This document shows positions 1-10,660 of a stretch of DNA of 39,902 nucleotides, one piece after another. The position numbers and the translations under genes were made by a program. Source of the stretch: Trichomonas gallinae. Lineage: Eukaryota. The notes under the pieces are model-generated. The model saw only the letters and a program-made list of their open reading frames with translations. It had not been told where the DNA came from and made no database searches. Within the stretch, counting starts at the first letter, position 1. Every line of letters begins with the position of its first letter. Where the stretch lies: positions 1 through 39,902 of the forward strand of contig MRSU01000017.1 of the NCBI GenBank assembly GCA_008369845.1, read 5' to 3'.

Positions 1-319
1 CTTGATCAAAATAGGTGCAAAAATGCAAAATTTTTTCCGTTGTAAAGTTTACAAAAAACGGTTAGAACGGTCCCTTAAAATTTTAAAATTAATCTTGATT
101 TTCATATTTTTATGATAAGAATAAATCTATATAAGATGTTTCTGATTGATGGATGAAATATATTTATTCTGGAGGCGTTATTCGAGATTTGAATAAAATT
201 TTATATTGTCTGATTTCCATAAAAGAATAGAGAATATTATAATATACAAGAAATATATATTAAATTTAGTATTAAAAGTTGATTTTGAAAGAATATATAA
301 CATTTAAAAAAAACGAGTT

Positions 320-550
320 TTATGATGTTAAAATCATGAATTCGGATATTATAGTCATTATATCATGAGATAGAATGATTGCCACTGAGAATTATTAGAA
401 TTATTTTTGATTTTTTCAATTATCAAATATTATGACGTTAAATTCATGTATTTAGGAATAAAAGTTTATATATCATGATGTGTAATGATATTCATTGAGA
501 ATTATTGAAAATATTTTTGATTTTTAAATATCGAATATTATGCCGTAAAA
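320..550. repeat. Degenerate ~110-bp tandem repeat (2 copies plus a partial third), possibly a decayed ankyrin-repeat relic
   Basis: TTATGAYGTTAAA-like unit starts at 320, 430 and 538. Both full copies share TATCATGA, TGAGAATTATT and TATTTTTGATTTTT. Confidence 0.7.
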
Positions 551-653
551 AAGATATATTTGTTATTTACGTGGCTTATATAGTCTGTCTATCACCATGT
601 TTTCGCTGGATGTTTATAAAAAGTGAGCAACTGCTTCCGTTAAAATTTAAAAA

Positions 654-2993
654 ATGAGTTCCCAAGAAAGGATTCGCCAAACAAGGGACGAAGAACAGAA
701 TGGCGGTCCTTCTGGAAACAACATAAAGATAGAGCCAATAAAAGTACATGTTCCTACAAGAAACGGATATCAGTCTGCATCTGAATTCGGAGAAGGCTCG
801 CATGTACAGATGCCAGTGCATATAGCAGTACCCGAAAAATCAGTTAGTGAGCATGTTCCGTTTAAAGATCGCGGAAATATTGATGATGCTTATGCAAATC
901 AACAAAAAAACAATATTTCTACGTCAAAGGCTGGCTCTTCGAAGAGCGGTCACTCTCATCATCACAGACATAGTAAATCAGATAAATCTGGAAAAATTGC
1001 GCCTTCAGAAGGAACCTACATAGTTAATCAGCAATTTCCTGAAGATAGCGGCACAAAAAGCTTCAGCTATTCTACTTTTGGAACTTCTGTTGTACCAGAT
1101 TCAAATTCAGAGAATAAATCAGAAAATTCCGTTCCAGCATCTACAGAATCGCGCATCCGTGTTCGGGTGCACAGAAATGCTGATGGAAAGAAGATTATTC
1201 TTGGTCCATCGAAAAATAAGAACAGAAAAATTCCATATCCAAATTATGACAGCATTGATCCACATTACAGATATTTTGAGCATCCTCCTATTCGTAATAT
1301 TGATAGATACGTTGATGACTTGCATCAGCCACAAGGAAAACCATTGGATTCAAATGATGTTAAACTTCTAGATTTAAACGTTAATCACGCCATTCCTTAT
1401 AAGCACATTGGTGCGGTGAACACAGTTCAGTCAAAGAAATCGAAATTAAATGATCCAAACGTTTTTCCTGATAATTTTCGAGTTCAAATTCCGGCAAACA
1501 GTCGCTTCATAGGCAACAACTACATAACAACAATGACACACTCAACAATAGAGTCAACAACACGCGATACTTCAAGAGATTCATTCAGAACAGTTGTTTC
1601 TCGTGATATTGAAAGCAGCGAAATATCGCAAAAGCCTGAATTAAGAATTGGCTCTGAAATACAGCACATTGATGGCTCGAATCTTGCAAATCCTCCTGTT
1701 TTAGAAAGAGGAATTCCAGAATCACTTGAATACGGTTTCAAATATCCAGCAACAATCGTCGAAACAACAGAAGACAGTTATCCAGCCATCGAAAAATTCA
1801 AGGAAAGACCACAACTTTTCATGCCGAGAAAATTCAGGATGCATGTTGCTCCATTTGACAACTACAATGAAGAGTATTTCTATCAGGATCAGCCGAACTT
1901 CCTTGGCGCAGAATTCAACACAGACAGCGTGAACACTTATGCTTTCCATCCAAAACAAGAACCAGAAAGTGTACAATATTATGCTGTTCCTGAAGCATCA
2001 TCATCTCATCGCTCAAGAGTCTACAAAGAGCGAAAATCATCGAAGGGCGCAACAATATCTCTTTATTCGGAAAGCACTGTTTCATATGCGCAAACAATGC
2101 CAAGCGCTCTGCCTTCAACTGAATCATCGTCTGCGGCATTGAGTTCTGGTAGTAGGATTCCGAAGAGGTATCTTAAAGAGCAAGAAGAACTTGGCAAGAA
2201 TGGAATGTGGATTGAAGCTGTCCCTGACGATTCCCCGCGCGGCTACAAGAGAGTCAAGCACCACAGGAGACACGGCGACAAGAAATATGTCTACTACTAC
2301 ATATACGACAAAGAGCATCCAGGCTGTCAGATTCAGGTGAAGAAACTCAGAGTTAAGCCAGCTCATCCAACTGAATACATATATGAGTATGTCGAGGAAG
2401 GACCTAAGCTTGCGAAGAAGAGAAAGGTTTATACAGGAAAGTCATCAACAATCAACAGAGGCGACCAGATTCTCGACAAGAGCACAAACAAGAAGAAGCC
2501 GAGACTGAAACCGGCGAGAATGACAGAATATGTCTACGAGTACTACACTGACGACGAAGACAATAATGAGCCAGGAATTGCAATAAGGCGCGCTAAGACA
2601 GGCAACAAACTCCCGCCGCGTTTGCATTATATTGATCCTCAGTTCGTCGAAGAGAAAAAGAAGAAGAAGAAAGTCAAGGAAGAAACGGAAGAAGAAGAGG
2701 AAGAAATTATTAAGAAGAAGACAAAGATTATTTATGCAGACACAGAAGTCAAACCAGCAAAGAAGAAGCAGCTCGTTAAGCTCGTCGAAGTTGTCGAAGA
2801 AGAGGAAGAGGAAGAAGAGGAGGAGGAAGAAATCATTGAATACGAAGAAGAAGTTGAAGAAAAAGTCAAGAAGGGCCCTGCACAGCCACGTGCAAAGCCT
2901 AATGTTGTCGTACAATATGATTATTCAACAACAGGCGAAGAAGAGGAAGAAGAACATCAATTCATTTACGAATACGAAGATGAAGATGAATAA
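654..2993 (+). CDS. Hypothetical low-complexity protein (779 aa) with Tyr/Glu motifs and a Lys/Glu-rich C-terminus
   Basis: Long ORF from ATG to TAA, GC higher than the flanks. Recurrent EY(I/V)YEY motifs and poly-E/poly-K tracts. No recognisable catalytic domain. Confidence 0.85.
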   Translation: MSSQERIRQTRDEEQNGGPSGNNIKIEPIKVHVPTRNGYQSASEFGEGSHVQMPVHIAVPEKSVSEHVPFKDRGNIDDAYANQQKNNISTSKAGSSKSGHSHHHRHSKSDKSGKIAPSEGTYIVNQQFPEDSGTKSFSYSTFGTSVVPDSNSENKSENSVPASTESRIRVRVHRNADGKKIILGPSKNKNRKIPYPNYDSIDPHYRYFEHPPIRNIDRYVDDLHQPQGKPLDSNDVKLLDLNVNHAIPYKHIGAVNTVQSKKSKLNDPNVFPDNFRVQIPANSRFIGNNYITTMTHSTIESTTRDTSRDSFRTVVSRDIESSEISQKPELRIGSEIQHIDGSNLANPPVLERGIPESLEYGFKYPATIVETTEDSYPAIEKFKERPQLFMPRKFRMHVAPFDNYNEEYFYQDQPNFLGAEFNTDSVNTYAFHPKQEPESVQYYAVPEASSSHRSRVYKERKSSKGATISLYSESTVSYAQTMPSALPSTESSSAALSSGSRIPKRYLKEQEELGKNGMWIEAVPDDSPRGYKRVKHHRRHGDKKYVYYYIYDKEHPGCQIQVKKLRVKPAHPTEYIYEYVEEGPKLAKKRKVYTGKSSTINRGDQILDKSTNKKKPRLKPARMTEYVYEYYTDDEDNNEPGIAIRRAKTGNKLPPRLHYIDPQFVEEKKKKKKVKEETEEEEEEIIKKKTKIIYADTEVKPAKKKQLVKLVEVVEEEEEEEEEEEEIIEYEEEVEEKVKKGPAQPRAKPNVVVQYDYSTTGEEEEEEHQFIYEYEDEDE

Positions 2994-3337
2994 TTAATTA
3001 GTTTTTTGTTATGATCAATAAATTTTTTTGTTTAGTTTTAATTATAAATCAATAAAAGTGTAATTTTAGATTTGCTCTTCTGTAAAATCTATTTCGGTGA
3101 AATCAAATGATCCCTAATGCGTCTCAATCTCTGTTGATGCATTATTTTCTGTGATTTCATTATATTTTTGCATTTTGCTGATTTGGATTTTGATTTTCGT
3201 TAATTGGTTCTTAATCAGAATGAGCATATTCATTGTCGTTTCCATTCGGTCTTAATATGCTATTAAGGACCCTTTAAAAGAAATAAATGATATTCTTATT
3301 TTGCTTGTCATGTAAGGTTTAAAAATGACATTTATGT

Positions 3338-3476
3338 GTTTACACGATTCAATTCATTTAATTTTGTCATGTAAAATATGGAAACTGACAATTATTTGAG
3401 ATGTATTTGTCGTGTAAAGTTCAATCTGACTCTGAGGGTTTACACGATTCAATTGATTTAATTTTGACATGTAAAA
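3338..3476. repeat. 39-bp direct repeat with an exact 100-bp period in the upstream region of the 3601 gene
   Basis: GTTTACACGATTCAATT(C/G)ATTTAATTTTG(T/A)CATGTAAAA at 3338-3376 and 3438-3476, 2 mismatches. Confidence 0.9.
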
Positions 3477-3590
3477 ATTTCGAATTTTTTGATAGATGTA
3501 AAAAAATTTTTCAGAAATTTTTCGCAAAATGGGTTCTAATGAGTGTGAGCATCTCAGATTTCCAGTTAATTTGGGAAAATCTCATGATAA

Positions 3591-3598
3591 AAAGTGAC
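3591..3598 (+). promoter_or_regulatory. AAAGTGAC (Trichomonas motif-2-type core promoter element)
   Basis: Exact match ending 2 nt before ATG 3601. The same motif precedes the genes at 12694(-) and 26602(+). Confidence 0.6.
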
Positions 3599-3600
3599 AA

Positions 3601-5742
3601 ATGAGTACTCAGGGGGAGGAGTACAGTCTCTTCCCCCGGAAGAGGCGGCAGCGCAGCAAGTCCGAAGCCAGCTCACTCCACTCGAACAATCACATCATTC
3701 AGCCGCATGCATATTTCTCGTCAAAACGAAATTCGTCTGGTATCGAACATTATTTCATCGAAGGTCGCTCAAGGATTAAAAATTTCATAGGAATTGGATC
3801 ATTCGTTGTTGTCACAATTCTCACTATCGTTTGCAGTCAATATTTACTCAGAACAAATTACGAATCTAATACAATCGAAATGGCAAAGAGAATTACCGTG
3901 CCTTTATCATCTCAGATATCATTAAAGATAAAATTCTCAACAGAAACTTCATTAATCATGTCCCAATTTTTGGCTGATATGTATCCATCATTATTAGAGA
4001 ATTTAACAGGAATGTCAGTGCAGAGACTCGTTTTTAACTTATTCAACTACGCTGATCAAGCCTCAGACCCTTCTCTTGATAATTTTGAATTTGCTACAAA
4101 AACTGGCCAATACTACCTTTTCCAGAACAAAGAGAACTTCCTTTACTATCTAAACGGCTCATCAGACACAGAGGGCGGAACGCTAAAGCGCTGGTACCTA
4201 AATGACACTGAAGGATTTCCTTATACGAATGGAACGGACAGAGGAACATTCAACCTGCTCGATTTTTCATGGTATGCAGTTGTAAAGTCAAGCAAACTGT
4301 CATATACCCTTTTAACACACTGGAATGAGCCACTCGTAAATTATAATTATTTCCTCGGAGCATCGCCAATTTACATCAATAAATCATTTTATGGTGTCTT
4401 TAGCAACAGGTATCCAGTATCAGAAATCACGAAACTTATTGATGAAAAGATTCCATCTCAAAATTCACACATGGCCTTCGTTACTGCCGATGAAATCATA
4501 TCCATTGACCGCTCCAACTACGATGAAAGGGACTACGAGTATTATCTTCCTAACATTTTTAGTTTACAAGATCAATATTGGAAAGAAGCAACGCGAAACT
4601 TCAGATATAAGAAAGGTTACATATATTCAGCTGCTGTTGGTAACAAGAACTTAACATATTACGCGTCATCTATCTCACTTAGCCTCACAAATGACGATGA
4701 ATGGGAAATTATCACGTTATTGTGCGTCAGTGACTTCATGGAAGAGAACAATTCGATTTCTTACATATGGATTATATTGCTCATAGTTGATTTAGTCCTT
4801 TTCGTCCTGATTTTAGCTGTGAATTTCTTGATTTCTTGGTGCCAGTCAACGAAACAGAGCAATATATTGGGCGAACCGAATCCAACGACAAGCAATTATG
4901 ATGTTGCCCTTAATCTCATGGAAAAACTGCAAAGAACACATCTGGTTGGATCTGAACCCTCGAATGTAGCCAAGAGGATCATCAAAGATCTCCAAAATCC
5001 ACTAATTTATAATGTAAATTTGCTGTCGTGCGCAATAGAAGATGAAAAAGTCAAAGAAGACTTCCAAAATAAATTTATGCATCCGCAAACTCATAATTCT
5101 GAGCGTGTTGCTGGTATATGTCGAATACATTACTTGAAAGAGAATATCTCTGCTTGCAAGAATTCGATTTATGAAGCATTTAAAGTTGCAAATAATGATG
5201 TTTTCAATCCGAATCAATTACAGACAGCTATAGAGCAACTAATTGCTCCACTGCCTGAAACTAACCTGAAACTGCTCGCAGATGCTATCAATTTCGCTGT
5301 TTGTTATTCTCATTTCCAATCTGACCTAGTTCTCGCTATATTACTCAGCATGTTGTGCTTCCATCTAACACAGTATAGTATACAGTTCAATGTTTACACG
5401 AAGCTCTTTATTAGCGATAGTTTGAAGATTACGGATTTTGCTGTTAAAATGGTATCATTATTCGAAAGCCGGGAAGAAAATGAGAGACACAATTTCGTTT
5501 TCTTCTACATGTTCAAGTTCTGCGAGTCAGCGCCACTTTGCGAACAGCAAAGAGTGAAATCAACAGCATTATATAAGCAAGACGTTTCAAACATTGCAAA
5601 TCTCATTAGCAACACGGCCCAAACATCCTATCTAGAAGATCCAACAGCATCATTAAGCAATATATTGCTTCCGATTGAAGACGAAGTTAGATCCAGCTTT
5701 TTCAACCAATCACTCCATGTAATTAAGAATTTCAAAATCTAA
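3601..5742 (+). CDS. Two-TM protein with a Cache-like extracellular region and a degenerate cyclic-nucleotide phosphodiesterase-like cytosolic domain
   Basis: Two hydrophobic helices (FIGIGSFVVVTILTIVC; YIWIILLIVDLVLFVLILAVNFL) flank dCache-like motifs (FSWY..., WNEP..., ASPIY...FYGVF). C-terminal AILLSMLCFHL resembles the PDE helix before the HD motif. Confidence 0.6.
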   Translation: MSTQGEEYSLFPRKRRQRSKSEASSLHSNNHIIQPHAYFSSKRNSSGIEHYFIEGRSRIKNFIGIGSFVVVTILTIVCSQYLLRTNYESNTIEMAKRITVPLSSQISLKIKFSTETSLIMSQFLADMYPSLLENLTGMSVQRLVFNLFNYADQASDPSLDNFEFATKTGQYYLFQNKENFLYYLNGSSDTEGGTLKRWYLNDTEGFPYTNGTDRGTFNLLDFSWYAVVKSSKLSYTLLTHWNEPLVNYNYFLGASPIYINKSFYGVFSNRYPVSEITKLIDEKIPSQNSHMAFVTADEIISIDRSNYDERDYEYYLPNIFSLQDQYWKEATRNFRYKKGYIYSAAVGNKNLTYYASSISLSLTNDDEWEIITLLCVSDFMEENNSISYIWIILLIVDLVLFVLILAVNFLISWCQSTKQSNILGEPNPTTSNYDVALNLMEKLQRTHLVGSEPSNVAKRIIKDLQNPLIYNVNLLSCAIEDEKVKEDFQNKFMHPQTHNSERVAGICRIHYLKENISACKNSIYEAFKVANNDVFNPNQLQTAIEQLIAPLPETNLKLLADAINFAVCYSHFQSDLVLAILLSMLCFHLTQYSIQFNVYTKLFISDSLKITDFAVKMVSLFESREENERHNFVFFYMFKFCESAPLCEQQRVKSTALYKQDVSNIANLISNTAQTSYLEDPTASLSNILLPIEDEVRSSFFNQSLHVIKNFKI

Positions 5743-6506
5743 ACTCTAATAAACATGTTTGTAATTTTAATCAGTTTATATTTGAATGATTATTATTAAT
5801 TAATTATATGACTGCAGATGATAATCATTCTCAACGAATACATATTATATAGGTACAACGTCTCTAGGAATGATTTTCCATATCTTACTTTTTTTTAGAG
5901 ATAAGTTGATTCAAAAAAAAATTCTCATTAGAAGTCATGAATAATGAATAAAACATAAACTTTACATGAATTTTTGGATATCTAAGATCAGTAGTGTATT
6001 GAAACAAATTCTAAAAATATCTTATAAAAATATTGCAGAATTCCGAATTAGTAAAGAGGAATATATTACAAATAATCGTGTTTATTAATTGTATATATTC
6101 ATCCCTCATAGATCAACTTCATTCATTAATTTGAAAATCTTTACATGGCAAATAACATATGTTACATGTCAATAAATATTTACGTGACAAATATTTCACA
6201 TAAAAAGTATTACATGTCAAATAAGTTTTGTAAATATTTTTATAATAGATTATGCATATTAATAATATGTATATATCATTTTTCATGAAATAAATAGATA
6301 AAAATTAAATCTTCTTTAATTTTAGAATGATTAACAAATTAAAACCGGAACCAAGTATTTAAGCTCAATATTTGATTAAATATGAAGAAATAAACGAAAA
6401 ATATAAAAAATATTTTTGTCGAAATGAAAAAATTGAGCAAATCGAATTCTTTTCATGATTAGTTTGGTTGTTTGTATATGTATGTCGCATATGCAAAGAG
6501 AAGAAG

Positions 6507-6512
6507 TCATTT
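6507..6512 (+). promoter_or_regulatory. Initiator (Inr) element TCATTT
   Basis: Matches the trichomonad Inr consensus and starts 16 nt before ATG 6523. Confidence 0.55.
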
Positions 6513-6522
6513 TTTATAATAA

Positions 6523-8550
6523 ATGATTGGAGGAAGATGTCGCTCAATGGTTGGAATGAAGCTTTCCGGCATCAATAAGCAACAGTCTATCGCCTCTCTT
6601 GGTAAGAGGAGCTCCTCTAAATGGCTTAATATCGGCAATTCGTCGAAATCAGATCAAAATAGTCCAATCATTCCAATTCTTTCACCTTTGAGTTCGAAAA
6701 TAAATCAAAAAGCGCTAAAACCATTCGACAGTTCAACAAATGACAACATTCCTCCACCTACAAATTCGACATTCAACAATGGCACTGTTTATCAGCTAAT
6801 TGAAGGCACTGAGGGGCACTTGGAGCTATATTCAGCCCAAATTGGAAGCCCCTTTTCACTTGTAAAGACAAGATTAGCTCCGTCAAACAGATCAGGCTTT
6901 TCTTTTACTTTTCTCGATAAGAGACACTTATTCTTATATGGTGGCATAGCAGATGACGTTAAGCATAACGAAATGTATGTTTTAGACTTAGATGACAGAG
7001 AATGGAGACTTTGCAAAGTAATTGCGCCAGTTATGCAGACTAGATCAAATACTCAATGCATATCAACTGTAGACGGAAATTACTTCTATATTTACGTATT
7101 CGGAGGCCTCGAAGGTTCAAAAACACTTGCAAATCTCGATATTATCATTTTCTACAAAGATTCTTTCAAATACATCAATCCAATGTGCAGCGTTCGTTCA
7201 TACAACCTCACAGATGGTCCATGTGGCAGAGCAAAACACTCATTCATCAAATTCAATGATAAAGGATATTTATTCGGCGGAATTGATACAAGAGGAAAGT
7301 GCCTCGGTGATCTTTGGGAGTTCAACTTCAACAATGCCCTTAACCCACAGTGGTCTTTGCTTTCAAGTGTTGGACCAGATCAGAGAAATTCACATATATC
7401 ATACGTAAAAGACAACAGCTTCTGCATTGCAGGTGGCTTCGATGATGACGGCAAGTTCGTCGGCGATATTTGGGGCTGGGACACAAAATGGACGAGATTG
7501 AGCGTTTTCGAAACATCTTATCCAGTTTTCGGCACAGAAGAAGGTTTATACTTTTACTCTAAGACGCTCAAACCTGTACAATACATGAATGCTGGTAAAA
7601 CACTCGACATGAAGTTCAGAAAACTCCTGCAAATGCAATCACTGCACAGAGCAGCTTCTATTGTCGAAAAAGAGGCCGAAAACTCAACTGTGCAGATCAA
7701 CACTGCTTTGCTTCAGTGGCAGCGCGAATTGATGAAGGAGAAACCAGACCCAGAAGTCATCGACGCCGTTGACCAGATCTTCAACGAAAAGGCGGCAACA
7801 GACTTAGAAGCTGAAGTCGTCCAGTTGAGAGCAGAAGTCTTAGGTTTGTCCAAGAAGATTCTCGAAGCACATCAAACCGTTCCGCAGCAGATTCCATCTT
7901 CAAAACTCCAAGAGTTTTCCGATACATTGGATTTCAAGCTGAAAACACTCGAAGTAAAAGTCGAGAGTCCTCATGATGCAGCGACACTTGCCAAAGCAGC
8001 CGAGAAGATGGCGACGCCGCAGTCTGATCCAATTGATGTTGATCCATCATCTATCGAAGCAATTTCCGCTGTTTTTGACAAATCGAGAGACAAAGATGCT
8101 GTTCTTTCTTCGATTGTCGCACTGCAGAGAATGGAATACGAGAAATTGTCGAACTCAATGATCGCTTTATTGTCCGCGATGCACCAGCACGAATCTAAGA
8201 ACTCAGCGAGAATCGCAACACTCAGTGAAATGAACGCTAAGATCCAAAAATTAAGAGATCACGTTGCGAGATCCGAGAGAGAGTGCGCTAGAATTGAGAA
8301 GGCCACAAAGAGAATCTCTGCATGGGGTAAGGATGCTGACTTATTCATGGAGAACAGGGAAGATATCGAAGAAACACTAGATAAGCGAAACAAGAAGAGA
8401 ATCGATGACTACATTGGAAGAGTTTCTTCACTAATGGGCAATGAACAAGGAGGACTTATGAAGCTATTCAAGCTCATCAATGCCCCAATGACTGCTACTG
8501 CGGCTAGCGAGATCTACGATATCGCTGAATCAATGGAACTTGTCTACTAA
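6523..8550 (+). CDS. Kelch-repeat protein with a C-terminal coiled coil
   Basis: Repeated kelch signatures LFLYGG, YVFGG, YLFGG...GDLWEF and IAGG...GDIW. Helical charged C-terminal half. Confidence 0.88.
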   Translation: MIGGRCRSMVGMKLSGINKQQSIASLGKRSSSKWLNIGNSSKSDQNSPIIPILSPLSSKINQKALKPFDSSTNDNIPPPTNSTFNNGTVYQLIEGTEGHLELYSAQIGSPFSLVKTRLAPSNRSGFSFTFLDKRHLFLYGGIADDVKHNEMYVLDLDDREWRLCKVIAPVMQTRSNTQCISTVDGNYFYIYVFGGLEGSKTLANLDIIIFYKDSFKYINPMCSVRSYNLTDGPCGRAKHSFIKFNDKGYLFGGIDTRGKCLGDLWEFNFNNALNPQWSLLSSVGPDQRNSHISYVKDNSFCIAGGFDDDGKFVGDIWGWDTKWTRLSVFETSYPVFGTEEGLYFYSKTLKPVQYMNAGKTLDMKFRKLLQMQSLHRAASIVEKEAENSTVQINTALLQWQRELMKEKPDPEVIDAVDQIFNEKAATDLEAEVVQLRAEVLGLSKKILEAHQTVPQQIPSSKLQEFSDTLDFKLKTLEVKVESPHDAATLAKAAEKMATPQSDPIDVDPSSIEAISAVFDKSRDKDAVLSSIVALQRMEYEKLSNSMIALLSAMHQHESKNSARIATLSEMNAKIQKLRDHVARSERECARIEKATKRISAWGKDADLFMENREDIEETLDKRNKKRIDDYIGRVSSLMGNEQGGLMKLFKLINAPMTATAASEIYDIAESMELVY

Positions 8551-8944
8551 TTAATATTCTATTTATTATTCGATTATGTTTATTTTATAAAAAAAATTCA
8601 TCCTAATAAAATTGACTAAAACTGTGTTACAAAGCTTTTTGTAATAACTAACAGTAATGATCCTTAGAAAACTAAATCCTAAATTTACAAAAAAATCAAA
8701 GAATTTTGATATGATTGAATGAGCATTTGAAAAAAAAAAGCTATTGTTTGTGGAAAAAATATGGACTAATACTCATAGAAAAATTTTATCTGGCCAATCA
8801 AGTATCTTCACTAAAATAACAAACAAAATGAAAAATTTTAAAAAATGAAAAAAATGGTGAATCTAGAATCGAACCTGAAATATTTTGATGATAATTTTTA
8901 CATTTGACACTTTACAATGACAGAATTTCCAAAAAGTGCCAAAA

Positions 8945-9388
8945 ATGTCTATCGCTTCAGTTATTTCGACCGATTTGATGAACGAAGCAAAACTGGCATT
9001 TGACCAGTTTGACGATGATGGCGATGGATATATTGAGTCAACGCTCATTGAGAGGTGTATGCGCGCAATCGGATACAATCCAACAGTCGAAGAAATCGTT
9101 GACATCATAAAAGACACAGATAACTGCGGAATTTCATATTACTCGCTCTTATATATCATTTACAGACACGCAAGAAACGTGGACACAAAAAAGGAACTAA
9201 TTGATTCTTTAGAGATCTTCGATAAACAGAAAACAGGGAAGATTTATGTTGAAGACTTGGCTAGGTTGTGCAAATGCATAAGAAGGCCTTTCACAGATCA
9301 GCAAATTCAAGAAGTATTACAAGATTGTAATGTTGTTAAAGGAATGGTTCAATATGAAGAATTCATTCAAAAGCTTCTCTATCCATAA
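8945..9388 (+). CDS. Calmodulin/centrin-like EF-hand protein (147 aa)
   Basis: AFDQFDDDGDGYI, MRAIGYNPT, IFDKQKTGKIYVED and VQYEEF follow calmodulin spacing. The first ATG is at 8945; the track start at 8936 is GTG. Stop forms TAAA. Confidence 0.88.
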   Translation: MSIASVISTDLMNEAKLAFDQFDDDGDGYIESTLIERCMRAIGYNPTVEEIVDIIKDTDNCGISYYSLLYIIYRHARNVDTKKELIDSLEIFDKQKTGKIYVEDLARLCKCIRRPFTDQQIQEVLQDCNVVKGMVQYEEFIQKLLYP

Positions 9389-9733
9389 ATTATTGTTTTG
9401 TATTTGTTACCTAAATATTGTTTATATTTTTAATATTATAAATTTAATTTAATGCAACTTCGTTGGTTACTTTTGATAACGTAACTATACGCTATAATAT
9501 TTAATTATTTTTATTCACTATTAAAGAAATATTCTTGATATCCATATTCTCATCAATAAAAAATAATAAATAAAGATTGTAACGATAATATATATGTACT
9601 ATCAGATAAAATGTAAAATGATGTGCATTGTTTTGATTGTTGATTTCTTTTCGTGATTTGATTTAATCCGATCTTTTCGAATCATTAATTTCGTGCTTTA
9701 TAAATGTAATTATCACATCCCATTATAGGATAA

Positions 9734-10200
9734 ATGGTCAACGCATTGAATGTGTTTGATTCAATTGTTAATATCATTCAGTCTGCATTTTCCAGAATTA
9801 AGCAAGATAAAAACAAGAATATACAAGCTTTGATAGCAATTAATGGTTAGAATTTATAGCATTTTCAACAAGATAGTAGATGAAAGTGATGTAGATGCCA
9901 TGTCTTTTGCTATCAATGAGAATCTGGACAAGACAAAAAATGAAGATATCTTATCTTACGCATTGAATGAATCCAATCTCAGTTTCATTCGTTTTATGAT
10001 TGAATCAATGCCACACAACATTTATTGACCATTAGTAGCAGATTGAACCAAAAAAATGCAAATTATTTCTTCAAAATCCCACAATTTGTTGTCAGCTTCA
10101 AAGTCTATTTGAACAATACAGCTTTGAGTTATGCTTCATTTAAAGGTCATCATGAAGTAGTCAAACTTCTTCTCACAGTTCCTGGAATAGATGTTGGTTT
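9734..10200 (+). pseudogene. Frameshifted ankyrin-repeat pseudogene
   Basis: Coding-like fragments in alternating frames (9734, 9843, 10025). The last contains NNTALSYASFKGHHEVVKLLLTVPGIDV, a canonical ankyrin repeat. Confidence 0.7.
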
Positions 10201-10660
10201 TTATTATGAAGATTACGATATAATATTTCAGGTATTACTCCAAATTTTATTTTCATTCAATATTTTGAAATATAGCTTTTCATTCAAGTGGATAAAACTT
10301 TATATTCTATATGTATAAAATATCACTTTTAAACAGATCACTACCTAAACATCCAATTTTAAGGAAATCATAACTGGAAATGTAGTGTTATTTATCTATA
10401 TTCTGTATGTTAGTATTACAAGTGAATTAAAGCTCTATATAAAAAGATAATTTTATCAATTGAAGATATGAGAATTATTAACTATATATTGATATAATGT
10501 ATGTTCACACATGTTTATATTAGATACTAATGTGATTTCAATCAGATATCAATAATATCAATATTATCAATGATTAAACAAAAAGATTAATAAAATGGAA
10601 AGATGATAATAATATTTATATCTAACAAAATAATATAATATAAAACAAATGAGAATAAAA

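Noticed and set aside
37..76. AACGGTT (M3-like) motif and TTGTAAAGTTTACAA palindrome
   Set aside because: No associated gene start within the window; it may belong to a gene beyond the left edge.
2445..2997. Phe/Leu-rich antisense ORF and Arg/Lys-rich alternate-frame ORF
   Set aside because: By-products of GAA/AAG low-complexity coding in the 654-2993 gene.
3066..3245. Minus-strand coding-like stretch (43-aa ORF at 3245-3114, continuing past a stop)
   Set aside because: Too short and no recognisable homology. It may be a gene relic, but I cannot support it.
8641..8654. ACTAACAG resembling an intron branch/3' splice site
   Set aside because: It is intergenic, lacks the trichomonad ACTAACACACAG spacing, and has no matching exon structure. 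No introns were identified in the window.
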